Positions 8,722 through 18,128 of a stretch of DNA of 39,568 bases are shown in pieces. The position numbers were made by a program, and so were the translations under genes. The DNA comes from a virus. Location: the IMG/VR virus record IMGVR_UViG_3300017987_000033; one strand, given 5' to 3'. Below the pieces are notes generated by a model. It worked only from the letters and a program-made list of their open reading frames with translations, searched no databases and was not told where the DNA came from. Numbering within the stretch: position 1 is the first letter of the stretch; every line of letters begins with the position of its first letter.

Positions 8722-8847
8722 ATGACCATAGAAATAGACGCAGAACTACATACAAGATTTAAAACATACGCAGCAAAACATAATATACCAATGTCTACTC
8801 TAATAAAACGACTAATGGCTGCACTACTAAAAAAAGATAACCAATAA
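8722..8847 (+). CDS. Ribbon-helix-helix (CopG/Arc-like) DNA-binding protein, 41 aa
   Basis: Below the ORF-track cutoff. My manual translation is MTIEIDAELHTRFKTYAAKHNIPMSTLIKRLMAALLKKDNQ, which fits the strand-helix-helix pattern of RHH repressors and antitoxins. Confidence 0.5.
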   Translation: MTIEIDAELHTRFKTYAAKHNIPMSTLIKRLMAALLKKDNQ

Positions 8848-8868
8848 AACAGTTCGGTGGGACTAAAA

Positions 8869-9027
8869 ATGGAAAAACTAAACCAAAACCTGTTTAAAGG
8901 AGCAAGCGCTACCATAAAAACACTTGCCCTAATAATCATAAAAGTAATAGAGATAGGATTATTTATTTATTTCCTACCATTTATAGCTATTTATTACATA
9001 CTAAAATCTATATTTGGATCTAATTAA
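8869..9027 (+). CDS. Small membrane protein, 52 aa
   Basis: My manual translation is MEKLNQNLFKGASATIKTLALIIIKVIEIGLFIYFLPFIAIYYILKSIFGSN, with a GGTGGG Shine-Dalgarno-like site 8 nt upstream. Its stop overlaps the stop of the convergent gene 9024..10304. Confidence 0.4.
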   Translation: MEKLNQNLFKGASATIKTLALIIIKVIEIGLFIYFLPFIAIYYILKSIFGSN

Positions 9028-10304
9028 GCTTTTCCAAATAATGCATTTCTAACATCTTTGATAGATCCAACTCCACCAACAGCTTTAGGATTAAACACTC
9101 CATAGTCTTTTTTAGGCTTTTTAGCTGGTCCAGACCTAAACTCTTCAGCTAAACGGTCTAATTCAGGCTTAATTCTTCTTTCAACTATGGATTTCATATT
9201 TGCTGGAGCATAACCTTTATTTTCAGCCATTATATCGTCCATTGCTTTTTGTCTGGCATAAACACCTTTATTGAATATTTCAATATTTCTTATAACAGCG
9301 TTTTTTCCATCTCTAGTTAGACTTAAAGTCGGAACCATATCCATAAAAATACCTATATCGGCATCAGTAAGCCTGGATCCAAATATATTCTTAGCACCTT
9401 TAAGCATATCTTTACTTAATTTATCAAACTCTTGAGAATCTTTTGACAACATATACTTAAAATCTGCTCCAAATCCAAATATACCCTTTTTCAGAGTATT
9501 CAATAAATTAACAAATGCAGGTCTATTTAAATCTTTGTTACTAATAAGCTCTTTCATTCTAGATAATCTATAATCATTCTCTATAGCGTCTTTATTTAAG
9601 TCTGACTGCTTATCCATAAATTTTTGATTACTAGGACTATTATTAGCCGCAACAAGCTCCTTACGATTCTCACGCTCTTCTTTTTTAAGCTCTTTTTGCC
9701 TATTGTCATAAGCAATACGCTGAGAACGAGTCATACCCCTCATTGGATCTTCTTGCGATAAAATTGGTTGCCTATCAACCTTCACATCGTCACGATCCAT
9801 TTGCTGCTGGCCATTAGACAAAGAACCCATTAAATTCATTATGCCTTCTAAACCTTGATCCGGCTGAGCTTCACTAGAAGGTGACTGGCTTCCCATTAAA
9901 GCTCTTACGCCTTGATCTGCTGGATTGTAATTAAACATACCTAAAGCTCGCATACTTTTAGAAAGCTCATCTTCCTGTGGAGCTTGTGCCTGTTGCTGTT
10001 TATATGCTTGAAATTCTTGAAGCAGCTGAGCTGGATCACCCATACCTTGCTGCATATTATCCGCAAATTTTGGCATCATCTCATTTAAAAAAATCTGCTG
10101 AACCTTAGGATCTAAACTTCCTAAATTTTCTGCCAATTCTGGAGGAATACCCATAGACCTAAAAGCTTGAGACTTATCAAACTTTTGTCTTCTTTGTTGT
10201 AAATCCTGCATCTTCATATTCATTAACTGCTGCAAACCGGTAGACAACCCTGTATTAAAAGCTTGAGCCCCTATATCTGGATCTTTTTTTAGTATTTGTG
10301 CCAT
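9024..10304 (-). CDS. Gln/Met-rich virion internal (ejection-type) protein candidate, 426 aa
   Basis: Low-complexity Q/M-rich N-terminal half, position in the tail module, and a start that overlaps the upstream stop (TAATG). Confidence 0.5.
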   Translation of the reverse strand: MAQILKKDPDIGAQAFNTGLSTGLQQLMNMKMQDLQQRRQKFDKSQAFRSMGIPPELAENLGSLDPKVQQIFLNEMMPKFADNMQQGMGDPAQLLQEFQAYKQQQAQAPQEDELSKSMRALGMFNYNPADQGVRALMGSQSPSSEAQPDQGLEGIMNLMGSLSNGQQQMDRDDVKVDRQPILSQEDPMRGMTRSQRIAYDNRQKELKKEERENRKELVAANNSPSNQKFMDKQSDLNKDAIENDYRLSRMKELISNKDLNRPAFVNLLNTLKKGIFGFGADFKYMLSKDSQEFDKLSKDMLKGAKNIFGSRLTDADIGIFMDMVPTLSLTRDGKNAVIRNIEIFNKGVYARQKAMDDIMAENKGYAPANMKSIVERRIKPELDRLAEEFRSGPAKKPKKDYGVFNPKAVGGVGSIKDVRNALFGKA

Positions 10305-10888
10305 TACATTCCTCTACTTTTTAGAAATGCCTGAAAATCTGGATCTTGCATCATCTGAGAAATTTTGTTCTGTGAATTAAACTGTTTTTGCTGTTGCCCC
10401 ATCTGCATAGCAGGCATAAAACCACCAATTCCAGCTTGCATCAAACCTGCTCCCATCTGCTGCATTTTACCCGGTGATTTAGGCTCAAAAATACTCTCAA
10501 ACCTTGGCTGCATACCCATCTGTAACTGCTGCATACCTACCTGTGGTCTCATTGCTGCTAACTGACCCATAAGATCTGCACCAGCTCCACCAAGTTGTGC
10601 ACCAAAAGCACTTGAACCTTGAGCTCCTCCTGAACCCATACCCGAAAACCTCTCAGCAAGGGACGGAACTACCTCAGAACGAAACTTATTCATGGCATAG
10701 TCTTCTACGCCCTTCATATCCATGTTCTGAAGCCCCATATTCATCAACTGATCTAAACCAGTATTTTGTCCCTCAGTGTATCTGTCCGTCCTTATTTGGC
10801 GTTCAGGATTAGACTTACCAAATAAATTCATACCAGCACCTGTAGCACCAAGTGCACCCATAATTACCGGTAATAATGGAAATGCCAT
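10304..10888 (-). CDS. Gly/Met/Gln-rich virion internal protein candidate, 194 aa
   Basis: Hydrophobic Gly-rich N-terminus MAFPLLPVIMGALGATGAGM, then M/Q/G low-complexity sequence. Confidence 0.5.
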   Translation of the reverse strand: MAFPLLPVIMGALGATGAGMNLFGKSNPERQIRTDRYTEGQNTGLDQLMNMGLQNMDMKGVEDYAMNKFRSEVVPSLAERFSGMGSGGAQGSSAFGAQLGGAGADLMGQLAAMRPQVGMQQLQMGMQPRFESIFEPKSPGKMQQMGAGLMQAGIGGFMPAMQMGQQQKQFNSQNKISQMMQDPDFQAFLKSRGM

Positions 10889-10898
10889 ATCTACTCTC

Positions 10899-11435
10899 CT
10901 AATTTATAATCCACTCTAAAACTATAAACGCTTTATAAGCACTCATGTCCTTACCAACCGTTATATTAACATTTGTAGCGTCCACATTCATAGTAACAAT
11001 GTCCGCAGCTACCGCGCTATAACTTGGGATAGTTAATCCAATAAAACCCGTTGAATCAGTAGCTGTTCCATAAATACGAGTCCATGTAAGTTTAGAATCA
11101 AATGTTATGCCATGAGCGTAAGTAGTAGCTCCAGCAGAAGATCTCATAGCCGGAATATTAATAACCTTACGATAGACTTGTCTTCTTATTGCAGTCGTAC
11201 TACCAGAAGAACTTAAAGAGGTATTAGGAAAGAACGTAGAGCCTGTTACAAACTCTTCTGTATCAAAGATACCAGTCTCTTTATTGTTCAAGCCAATGGC
11301 TATCTGGTTAATATTCTGATAAAGCCTAACTAAAAGCTCTTTAAACTCAGGGCTAGTTACATTTACTTCTTTTAGCCTAGAAGCCTCCCATAACTGAGTA
11401 GTGGGAACAAATGAACCAGCATCTTTATAACTCAT
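10899..11435 (-). CDS. Virion structural protein (hypothetical), 178 aa
   Basis: ORF translationally coupled to 11435..13714, beta-rich sequence. Confidence 0.5.
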   Translation of the reverse strand: MSYKDAGSFVPTTQLWEASRLKEVNVTSPEFKELLVRLYQNINQIAIGLNNKETGIFDTEEFVTGSTFFPNTSLSSSGSTTAIRRQVYRKVINIPAMRSSAGATTYAHGITFDSKLTWTRIYGTATDSTGFIGLTIPSYSAVAADIVTMNVDATNVNITVGKDMSAYKAFIVLEWIIN

Positions 11436-13714
11436 TATCTAACCCTCTCACTTGTAGGCAATGTATAAAGTATCATACCATGCAACGTAAACCCTGAAAG
11501 AGATATAGCTGGATCTTTCATCTGAGACTCTGAATGATGTATCCTTATTTGGACATTCTCACCCTCTGCCTCAAAAGATAAGCTATGCCAGTAACGTTGT
11601 TGAGTGTATTCCAGAGGCTCCAAAAAATATGGCGATAAATCCAACACATTAGGAGAATCTCCAAATAATACACCACTAGCATTCCCTTCATTTATTAATG
11701 GCAAACCTGATGAAGATACATAATAATCAACAGTAACCTCTCCAGCCGTACTACTAGATACATAAAAAGATATTTTAGATAAATGAACATCCCTACCTTG
11801 CTTAATATAGGGATTAAACTCTTTAGACTTTATATCAACCTCAGATACCCTTGAAACAGTTCCACCACCAGTATAAGTCCCCGAGCTATCTATATCTATA
11901 TCAACAGTATCCTCGTCAGTCACATTTATGACCTTATAAATACCATCAGCTAAAACAGCCCCATTAATATTCGTAATATAAACATAATCATCAACCTTTA
12001 AAGTGTGATTTATTATCACTAATCGTGTATAAACAGAACCAGCAGTCAAGTTGGTTATTTGCATGCTTTGAGCATTGCTATTTAAAGTAGGCTCAACTAC
12101 AAAACAAAATCCCTGCTGATTTCCAGCAACAATCTTTTTAGCACCTACCTGATTAACTCCTTCATCCCAAGCAAAATCAGCTTCTTCCCATGTCATATCA
12201 CCCATATCAGCCCAAGTCTTCTCTGGCTGAGTATCAAAATACCCAAAAGTAGTGAATGTATCGTCGTTATATGCCCATGAATGCTCTTTATAGTTATAAA
12301 CAAGCACCTTATTAGGAAAAGTTTCAGAATAGCGACCAGCGTTCGTATCTGGAAAAGCCCAGTACACTAACTCAGTATTAAAATCCCTTATTCCAGATAC
12401 CCTAAATCTTCCATTATTTGAGTATCTTAACTTAAATATATCATCCGGTATCTTCTCATCTATACGGTCAACATTTACCCCATTACAAGAGTGAATACCT
12501 GTTGTTCCGACAGTTAATATATGCTTATCAAAACCCACAGAGGAAAATGTAGACTCACTTCCTATTTCAGTATTTAGTTGCTGCCACACAAAAGGTAAAA
12601 TATGGTTACCATTATAAGCTAACTCCCAGACACTATCTTCAAAGTGAACAATAAGCCTATCCCTTATAAACTCAGCCGAAACTATCGCTTCTTTTGTTGG
12701 CGCATCTATATAACCACCACCAGAAGCTTTATATGTTGCTGCACCACTAATATAAGTCTGATTAGGTTCCAGCCAAGGATGATTAAACGTTCCAGCCGCA
12801 ACCGGAGGAACTATAGGGCTACCGTTATGAGAAAACCTACATCTATTCTGATACTGAGTATTTGTAGTACCAGCGGCATCTTGCTCTATAGTATTGAAAA
12901 GAAGTAAACGATTCCTAAAAGGAACAACTATTTTTGCGGTAAAAACCTTGTTTGTTGCCACATTGGCTGCTGCTGTTATCTCAGGACTAAACGCTGTCCA
13001 TGTAGAAGCACCGTTAAAATAATAAATAGGATCATCTGTGGCACCTACAGCCGCACCAGTCTTATTAGTTACATGAAAGTTAGAAACAAATGTATAAGTC
13101 TCACTTACCGTAGAGCCTGTCCAATTAGTACTCCAAAAGAAATCACTATCACTTCCATGCCAGACAGTTGTTCCGTTTCTTAACCAAGAATTACTAGAAA
13201 ATGAATACACAAAATTAGTATCAAAAGCATAAAGCGGGGTATTAGAAATATCTTTAGTTTCGTAATTAAAATATGCCATTATAGGAGTAGATGGATACCA
13301 GTAAATCGCAGCGGCAGCGCTTGCTCCAGTAAATGTATAAGCCCCAGTTGTAGTATCAAATGTCCCTGTACCAGAACCAGTAGAATAAACAGCACCAGTA
13401 GCCTGATAAACGGTAAAAATATCAGAACCAATAGAAAAAGCCTGCCCTATATTGCCCGTAGACAAAGGTATATTACCAGCAGCTGCTCCGGCACCATCAG
13501 TATCAGTAAGATAAACCCTAACTCTAGAGTTTAGCTGTGCAGTTTCTCCAGTACCGTTGCCCATCAACCGAGACCCAAACCGCTTATTAACTCCACCGTG
13601 CCTTACATAAGCATTCTTTAACTCAGCAAAGGCATTTTCGGGAAGCAACCATGGAGATAAGTCGTTTTGCAGACCAGCTTCAAATGGTGCTATCAAAAAA
13701 CGATCAAATCCCAT
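11435..13714 (-). CDS. Large tail structural protein (nozzle or tubular-protein-B-like candidate), 759 aa
   Basis: Its size and position fit. It contains a small beta-barrel motif, DDYVYITNINGAVLADGIYKVINVTDEDTVDIDIDSSGTY, shared with two other virion proteins. Confidence 0.5.
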   Translation of the reverse strand: MGFDRFLIAPFEAGLQNDLSPWLLPENAFAELKNAYVRHGGVNKRFGSRLMGNGTGETAQLNSRVRVYLTDTDGAGAAAGNIPLSTGNIGQAFSIGSDIFTVYQATGAVYSTGSGTGTFDTTTGAYTFTGASAAAAIYWYPSTPIMAYFNYETKDISNTPLYAFDTNFVYSFSSNSWLRNGTTVWHGSDSDFFWSTNWTGSTVSETYTFVSNFHVTNKTGAAVGATDDPIYYFNGASTWTAFSPEITAAANVATNKVFTAKIVVPFRNRLLLFNTIEQDAAGTTNTQYQNRCRFSHNGSPIVPPVAAGTFNHPWLEPNQTYISGAATYKASGGGYIDAPTKEAIVSAEFIRDRLIVHFEDSVWELAYNGNHILPFVWQQLNTEIGSESTFSSVGFDKHILTVGTTGIHSCNGVNVDRIDEKIPDDIFKLRYSNNGRFRVSGIRDFNTELVYWAFPDTNAGRYSETFPNKVLVYNYKEHSWAYNDDTFTTFGYFDTQPEKTWADMGDMTWEEADFAWDEGVNQVGAKKIVAGNQQGFCFVVEPTLNSNAQSMQITNLTAGSVYTRLVIINHTLKVDDYVYITNINGAVLADGIYKVINVTDEDTVDIDIDSSGTYTGGGTVSRVSEVDIKSKEFNPYIKQGRDVHLSKISFYVSSSTAGEVTVDYYVSSSGLPLINEGNASGVLFGDSPNVLDLSPYFLEPLEYTQQRYWHSLSFEAEGENVQIRIHHSESQMKDPAISLSGFTLHGMILYTLPTSERVR

Positions 13715-13715
13715 A

Positions 13716-14282
13716 TTAATACCCCAAGGCTAAATAATTAAAATATCCAACTGTACCTACATAAGAATTATTCCGTTGGACATTAAGCGTTGTTTGATTA
13801 AACGTATTAATAAAAAAAACATAATCTTGGGCTGCACCAGTGTTACCTGCGTTAGCAGATATCTGACAAATAAAAACTCCATTAGGAAACGCTGTACCAA
13901 ACGTTATAGCTCCAGATAAATAACTTCCAAGCGCAATACTTCCGGTACCCCATTTCATAATCAATCCGTTAGGAAGTGTTGTAGATACCGTTGGTTGAGT
14001 AGTTAGATCAACTTCTGCTCCATCACTAGGCTTTCTTAAAAATAAAGCCGGATTAGTGCCGTTAGTTTTAGTATAAAGTGCAAACTCTGTTGCTCCAGTG
14101 CTAGTAGCCGCAGCCTGTTGAGGCATCGTAAGCTGCTTATGTTTTCCTTGACCATTTACTGCATTAAAATCTTCATGATCAACATTTAAATAAGTATCAA
14201 GTTCAGTAAAATTACCCTTTAAGTCGTCCTGAGACAGCCTAAGCTTATCTGTTGCTTCTGGCTTTCCTGATTGCCATGCCAT
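13716..14282 (-). CDS. Short tail fibre or collar-like protein, 188 aa
   Basis: The N-terminus has the DH....G.H..L pattern. The C-terminus GLIMKWGTGS...ITFGTAFPNGVF...ALGY resembles gp53-like fibre C-terminal domains. Confidence 0.5.
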   Translation of the reverse strand: MAWQSGKPEATDKLRLSQDDLKGNFTELDTYLNVDHEDFNAVNGQGKHKQLTMPQQAAATSTGATEFALYTKTNGTNPALFLRKPSDGAEVDLTTQPTVSTTLPNGLIMKWGTGSIALGSYLSGAITFGTAFPNGVFICQISANAGNTGAAQDYVFFINTFNQTTLNVQRNNSYVGTVGYFNYLALGY

Positions 14283-14359
14283 TACACTCTCCTTCTAGAT
14301 AAACATTAAATATGCAAAAACTAAATATAAAATGGCAAATGATGCCAATAAAATTAATA

Positions 14360-15364
14360 TCATATCCATGGATTACCATCATTTTTATTACTGCTAAACG
14401 GACCCACCTCAGTCTGATTTGAATATATAGTCGCAGAGCGCTGATCAGATTGCTGAACAATACTTCTTCTTTGTACCAACTCTTCCTGCTTAGTATATTC
14501 AGGCATAATCAACGAAACACTCTCAAGATCCATACGATCTTCAAATACCTTTTTAGCTGCTCCATAAGCTATATACTGCCACCACTGAGCAAGCTCTGGA
14601 GACTGAGCAGAACTTAAAAGCTCTGTAGGCCTTATATAGGCTTCCATCTCTATCTTATAAGGTCGGTCAGGAATAGGTCTTACAGTAAACTTGTTATCGT
14701 AATAAAGAATTAATGTTGGCTTAGATGGAGTAAATGGATAAGTCTGAGCATAAACAGAAGTCTGATCCTTAACAGCAGACAGAAAGGTAAAGGTATAAGC
14801 GCCTGTTTGGTAATTAATGTTACCCACATTAACTTGAGCTGCCGGAGTATTTTCGTACAAATTACCCAAGCCATCGTCATACACAATAAGACCATCATTG
14901 GAAATATCTACAGAACTAAACTGCACACTATTAACCAAGATTGGAACATTGGATAAGGTACCCGAAAAACTAGTTGTGGCTCCATCCCCTGTCCCTATAT
15001 CAACCGAATACGAAGTCTTAGGAAAAGATGCATAAAAATCAGTAGCATTTAACGTTAATGAACTTATAAAACCGTTTACATAGATAGGAGGGTGAAATGT
15101 CGTGTACTTATTTATAAAGTTATACAAAGGTGAATACAAATTAGTCGTATCATTCTCGTAAACATCTTTGTAAGGCTGCGTATAAAAAAAGAAATTTGTT
15201 CTTAATGCCGATATCCTTAAATGCTCAGGAAAATCGCAAAGAACAAAAGTATTTACATAATCGTCTATATTCTGGTCAGATAACTGATTGGCAGACGGGC
15301 TTCTTGTAAGCCTTCTAACCTTTATCCTTATCTGCTCCAACGTAGAAAGTGTACTATCAGACAT
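14360..15364 (-). CDS. Virion structural protein (hypothetical), 334 aa from the MSDSTLSTLEQ start
   Basis: The ATG at 15364 overlaps the upstream stop (ATGTCTGA). The longer 15394 start would overlap the preceding gene by 38 nt. Confidence 0.55.
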   Translation of the reverse strand: MSDSTLSTLEQIRIKVRRLTRSPSANQLSDQNIDDYVNTFVLCDFPEHLRISALRTNFFFYTQPYKDVYENDTTNLYSPLYNFINKYTTFHPPIYVNGFISSLTLNATDFYASFPKTSYSVDIGTGDGATTSFSGTLSNVPILVNSVQFSSVDISNDGLIVYDDGLGNLYENTPAAQVNVGNINYQTGAYTFTFLSAVKDQTSVYAQTYPFTPSKPTLILYYDNKFTVRPIPDRPYKIEMEAYIRPTELLSSAQSPELAQWWQYIAYGAAKKVFEDRMDLESVSLIMPEYTKQEELVQRRSIVQQSDQRSATIYSNQTEVGPFSSNKNDGNPWI

Positions 15365-15740
15365 TAGAACTCCTATTGTTATATGTAGCCCCATCTAATT
15401 TAGTGGCTATTTCTCCAGCGGGAAAAACTTGAGCAAAATTTCTTCTTAAAGTTGTAGGAATAGAAAATGGATCAAAACCACTAGTATCTATATCTATCGT
15501 AAATGTATCATCACTAACTACCGTAATAGTCCCTATAAGCTTATCAGCTTGATACATACCAAAATCTCTTGGGATACGAAGCCTTACTTTCATACCAGTT
15601 GAATAATAATGATTAGGGTCAACAGAAGTAGGATAAGCATCGCTAGTCGTAACTAAAGCTGGATTATCCTGCGTAATCGCTATAATAAGCTTTGTTGCCG
15701 GCACAATGTTAGGACTAGATGGAACTGAAAAAATAGCCAT
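15357..15740 (-). CDS. Small virion protein with an E1-FCCH-like beta-barrel motif, 127 aa
   Basis: Motif GMKVRLRIPRDFGMYQADKLIGTITVVSDDTFTIDIDTSGFDPF. Confidence 0.5.
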   Translation of the reverse strand: MAIFSVPSSPNIVPATKLIIAITQDNPALVTTSDAYPTSVDPNHYYSTGMKVRLRIPRDFGMYQADKLIGTITVVSDDTFTIDIDTSGFDPFSIPTTLRRNFAQVFPAGEIATKLDGATYNNRSSNV

Positions 15741-15748
15741 TAAACTTC

Positions 15749-16138
15749 CTATTTCATTTGAACAAGAGGCTCAGCCTCAACTATCAAATTATTGTCGTCT
15801 CCAACATCTTCTATTGGATTAAAAGATAACGAATCAAACGAAACCCTTCTCTCTTTTTTCTTTATTCTAGATATAGGCTTTCCGTTAGCATCCTTAAAAG
15901 TATCAAAAATTAAATAAGAACAACTGTTTAAATGCTGTGCTACCTCTAAAGGCAAATACCTAACTTCATTGTCAGCTATAATATAAGTTTCAATAGGAAT
16001 ACCTTTAAACTTACTGCCATACGAAAACTTAAACGTTGACCCTGGCGACTCATGATACCTAAACTGCCCTTTAACAGGCTCCCTTAGTTTTTCCCTCAAA
16101 GCTTTCAAATTAATATCACCCTTTTTAACTGCCTTCAT
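15749..16138 (-). CDS. Hypothetical protein, 129 aa
   Basis: ORF with a GAGGAG ribosome-binding site just upstream. Function unknown. Confidence 0.5.
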   Translation of the reverse strand: MKAVKKGDINLKALREKLREPVKGQFRYHESPGSTFKFSYGSKFKGIPIETYIIADNEVRYLPLEVAQHLNSCSYLIFDTFKDANGKPISRIKKKERRVSFDSLSFNPIEDVGDDNNLIVEAEPLVQMK

Positions 16139-16159
16139 TATTCTCCTCTATTTTATAGA

Positions 16160-16177
16160 GGGGACGACATCGTCCCC
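16160..16177 (-). terminator. GC-rich hairpin after the capsid operon, a partial terminator or RNA stabiliser
   Basis: ggggacg-acat-cgtcccc, 34 nt downstream of the stop at 16211. There is no clean U-tract on the minus strand. Confidence 0.4.
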
Positions 16178-16210
16178 CATGCTTATTTTTTGCCTAAACG
16201 CATCCTGAAA

Positions 16211-17164
16211 CTAGATGTTAAACGATTTACCAGCCATCCAGTAAATTGTATCACCATTATTTCCACCAGGACCTGTGGTTCCTCCAGCCAAAGTAACGCC
16301 AATCTCAGCATTATTATATGTAGCATCACCTAAAGTTCCTGCGTATGTACTTGTTGCTTCTAATCCAACAGGTGTAACCATAGATGGAGTATAAGCTACC
16401 CCAGCTAATGGATAAGCAAATGCAGTGTACGCAGATGTATCAACACCGATACTAAATGTTGCAGCATCAACAACTGTAACTGTCACCAATTGATCGTGAA
16501 GCTCTACCATTCCACCGCCAGAAGGGATAGTCATTCTAACTTTTTGACCTGTGGTAAAACCATGATCAACTAAAGTTGTAACTACGCCAGGGTTAGCTTG
16601 TGTAATGTTAGCGATATTACGAGATCTTGGATAAAAGATAGGATCGTACTTAACTTTTCTCCAATAACCATTAGCACCGGCTATTACACCAGGAGCTTGT
16701 TGCAACGTATTAGCTAATCTAAAAGATGTATTAGTAACAACAGTATCAATAGAAAAATCTAAACCGTTAATATCGGTATGAGCTGTACCAGTTACACGCA
16801 CAATATCACCATCAGAAAGGCCTGATGTGCTTGCAGTGGAATAAACAGGTTGAGTTGCGTTAGTACCACCTGTAATAGCCACTAATGCTGTTAATGGGTT
16901 TTCCGAGCTATCAAATGATGTAAATGCATTGGCTGAAGTATCAACAGCTACAGTATGGTCTCCTGCAGGATGATATTTCATAACACCTGTAGAACCCATT
17001 CCATATTGCCAAAAATACTCAAAACCATAGCCATTATTTGTAGCTGCAGCTTGTGTAATATTTACAACCTTGATCCAGTCAAAACCAGATCTTAAAACTA
17101 AATTATATGAAAGAGCATCGGTCTTAGTAAAAGAGCCTTGCTGTATGGTTGTTCCAAATGACAT
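16211..17164 (-). CDS. Abundant virion protein candidate (decoration or second capsid-associated protein) with two FCCH-like beta-barrel motifs, 317 aa
   Basis: It lies immediately downstream of the capsid gene. The motifs are GDIVRVTGTAHTDINGLDFSIDTVVTNTSFRL and GQKVRMTIPSGGGMVELHDQLVTVTVVDAATFSIGVDTSAYTAF. Confidence 0.5.
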   Translation of the reverse strand: MSFGTTIQQGSFTKTDALSYNLVLRSGFDWIKVVNITQAAATNNGYGFEYFWQYGMGSTGVMKYHPAGDHTVAVDTSANAFTSFDSSENPLTALVAITGGTNATQPVYSTASTSGLSDGDIVRVTGTAHTDINGLDFSIDTVVTNTSFRLANTLQQAPGVIAGANGYWRKVKYDPIFYPRSRNIANITQANPGVVTTLVDHGFTTGQKVRMTIPSGGGMVELHDQLVTVTVVDAATFSIGVDTSAYTAFAYPLAGVAYTPSMVTPVGLEATSTYAGTLGDATYNNAEIGVTLAGGTTGPGGNNGDTIYWMAGKSFNI

Positions 17165-17177
17165 AAGAATCTCCTTA

Positions 17178-18128
17178 TTAAGCTAAAGTACAAGCTAATC
17201 TTAAAATCCATAGATCATTTAAGATTCTTGAAGCGTGAGACATTTTCCAACCCAAAGTATAATTCTGAGCCAACGGATCATTAAGTTCTGGAGGCCTGTA
17301 AATAAACTTGGCCGTTGCACCGCTTTGTTGTATAGAAGTATAACTTTCCATACCGGTGACAAATACGTTGTAAACGTCAGTTCCAGTTAAAGCTCCAGCT
17401 CCAACTGATTTTGAACCACCAGATGAAGTTAAGAATCTTATACCACCAACAGCACCAATTTCAGAACTTAAAATTCCACCCTGAGATGGATAATTAGCAA
17501 CATCGATATAACCTGATGTATTGCTAATTTCAGTTGATAAGTCGGTATCACACATTCCAAAGAATGCATTTCTTACCGGGCCTGTACCAAATTTATTAGC
17601 ACCTTCAATAGAATCTGAAATGTAAACAGCATCATTACCCCTAAGAGTCTGAACTGCTTGATCTATATCATAACGTGTAATATTACTTGGTATATTTCCG
17701 TTTGTTCCGGCTACACAGTTAACCAATGTTGCAGATGTTGCAAGCATATTTCTGATAAGCTGGTCTTCTGTCTTTCTAAGTGCTACACCAAATCTTATTG
17801 ATAGCTGATTCAATACAGGATCTTGTGAATTTAAGTCAACTTGTTCGTTAACCGACATCCATTGTCCATAATGTTGAATCTTAGCATCAATAAATAATGA
17901 TTCTGGTTGCACAGGAGCTGGGGTCTCACCAGTATTACTTAGTGGTACCAATGCTGTAGGAAGTTCTTCATATCTTTTAAAACGATAATACTCACCAGTT
18001 CTTTTAGCTTTAGTAGCCTTTAACGCAAAAAGACCGTGAATGTTCTTTTGTGTTGGTGTAGCTAAAATCTTATTATCAAAAGCTAATTGAATTGCTGGTG
18101 GCATTGTAGAAGTAGAAACTATTGCCAT
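17178..18128 (-). CDS. Major capsid protein, HK97 fold, N4-gp56-like family
   Basis: Segments YRFKRYEELPTALVPLSNTGETPAP...IDAKIQHYGQWMSVNEQVDLNSQDPVLNQL and the C-terminal NDPLAQNYTLGWKMSHASRILND match my recollection of this capsid family. The gene has its own promoter and a strong AAGGAA ribosome-binding site. Confidence 0.75.
   Translation of the reverse strand: MAIVSTSTMPPAIQLAFDNKILATPTQKNIHGLFALKATKAKRTGEYYRFKRYEELPTALVPLSNTGETPAPVQPESLFIDAKIQHYGQWMSVNEQVDLNSQDPVLNQLSIRFGVALRKTEDQLIRNMLATSATLVNCVAGTNGNIPSNITRYDIDQAVQTLRGNDAVYISDSIEGANKFGTGPVRNAFFGMCDTDLSTEISNTSGYIDVANYPSQGGILSSEIGAVGGIRFLTSSGGSKSVGAGALTGTDVYNVFVTGMESYTSIQQSGATAKFIYRPPELNDPLAQNYTLGWKMSHASRILNDLWILRLACTLA

Noticed and set aside
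8685-8939. An 84-aa minus-strand ORF overlapping the RHH and small membrane ORFs
   Set aside because: It gives a hydrophobic low-complexity translation with no ribosome-binding site. It lies downstream of nothing on the minus strand. The plus-strand reading gives a recognisable RHH fold and follows a good promoter.
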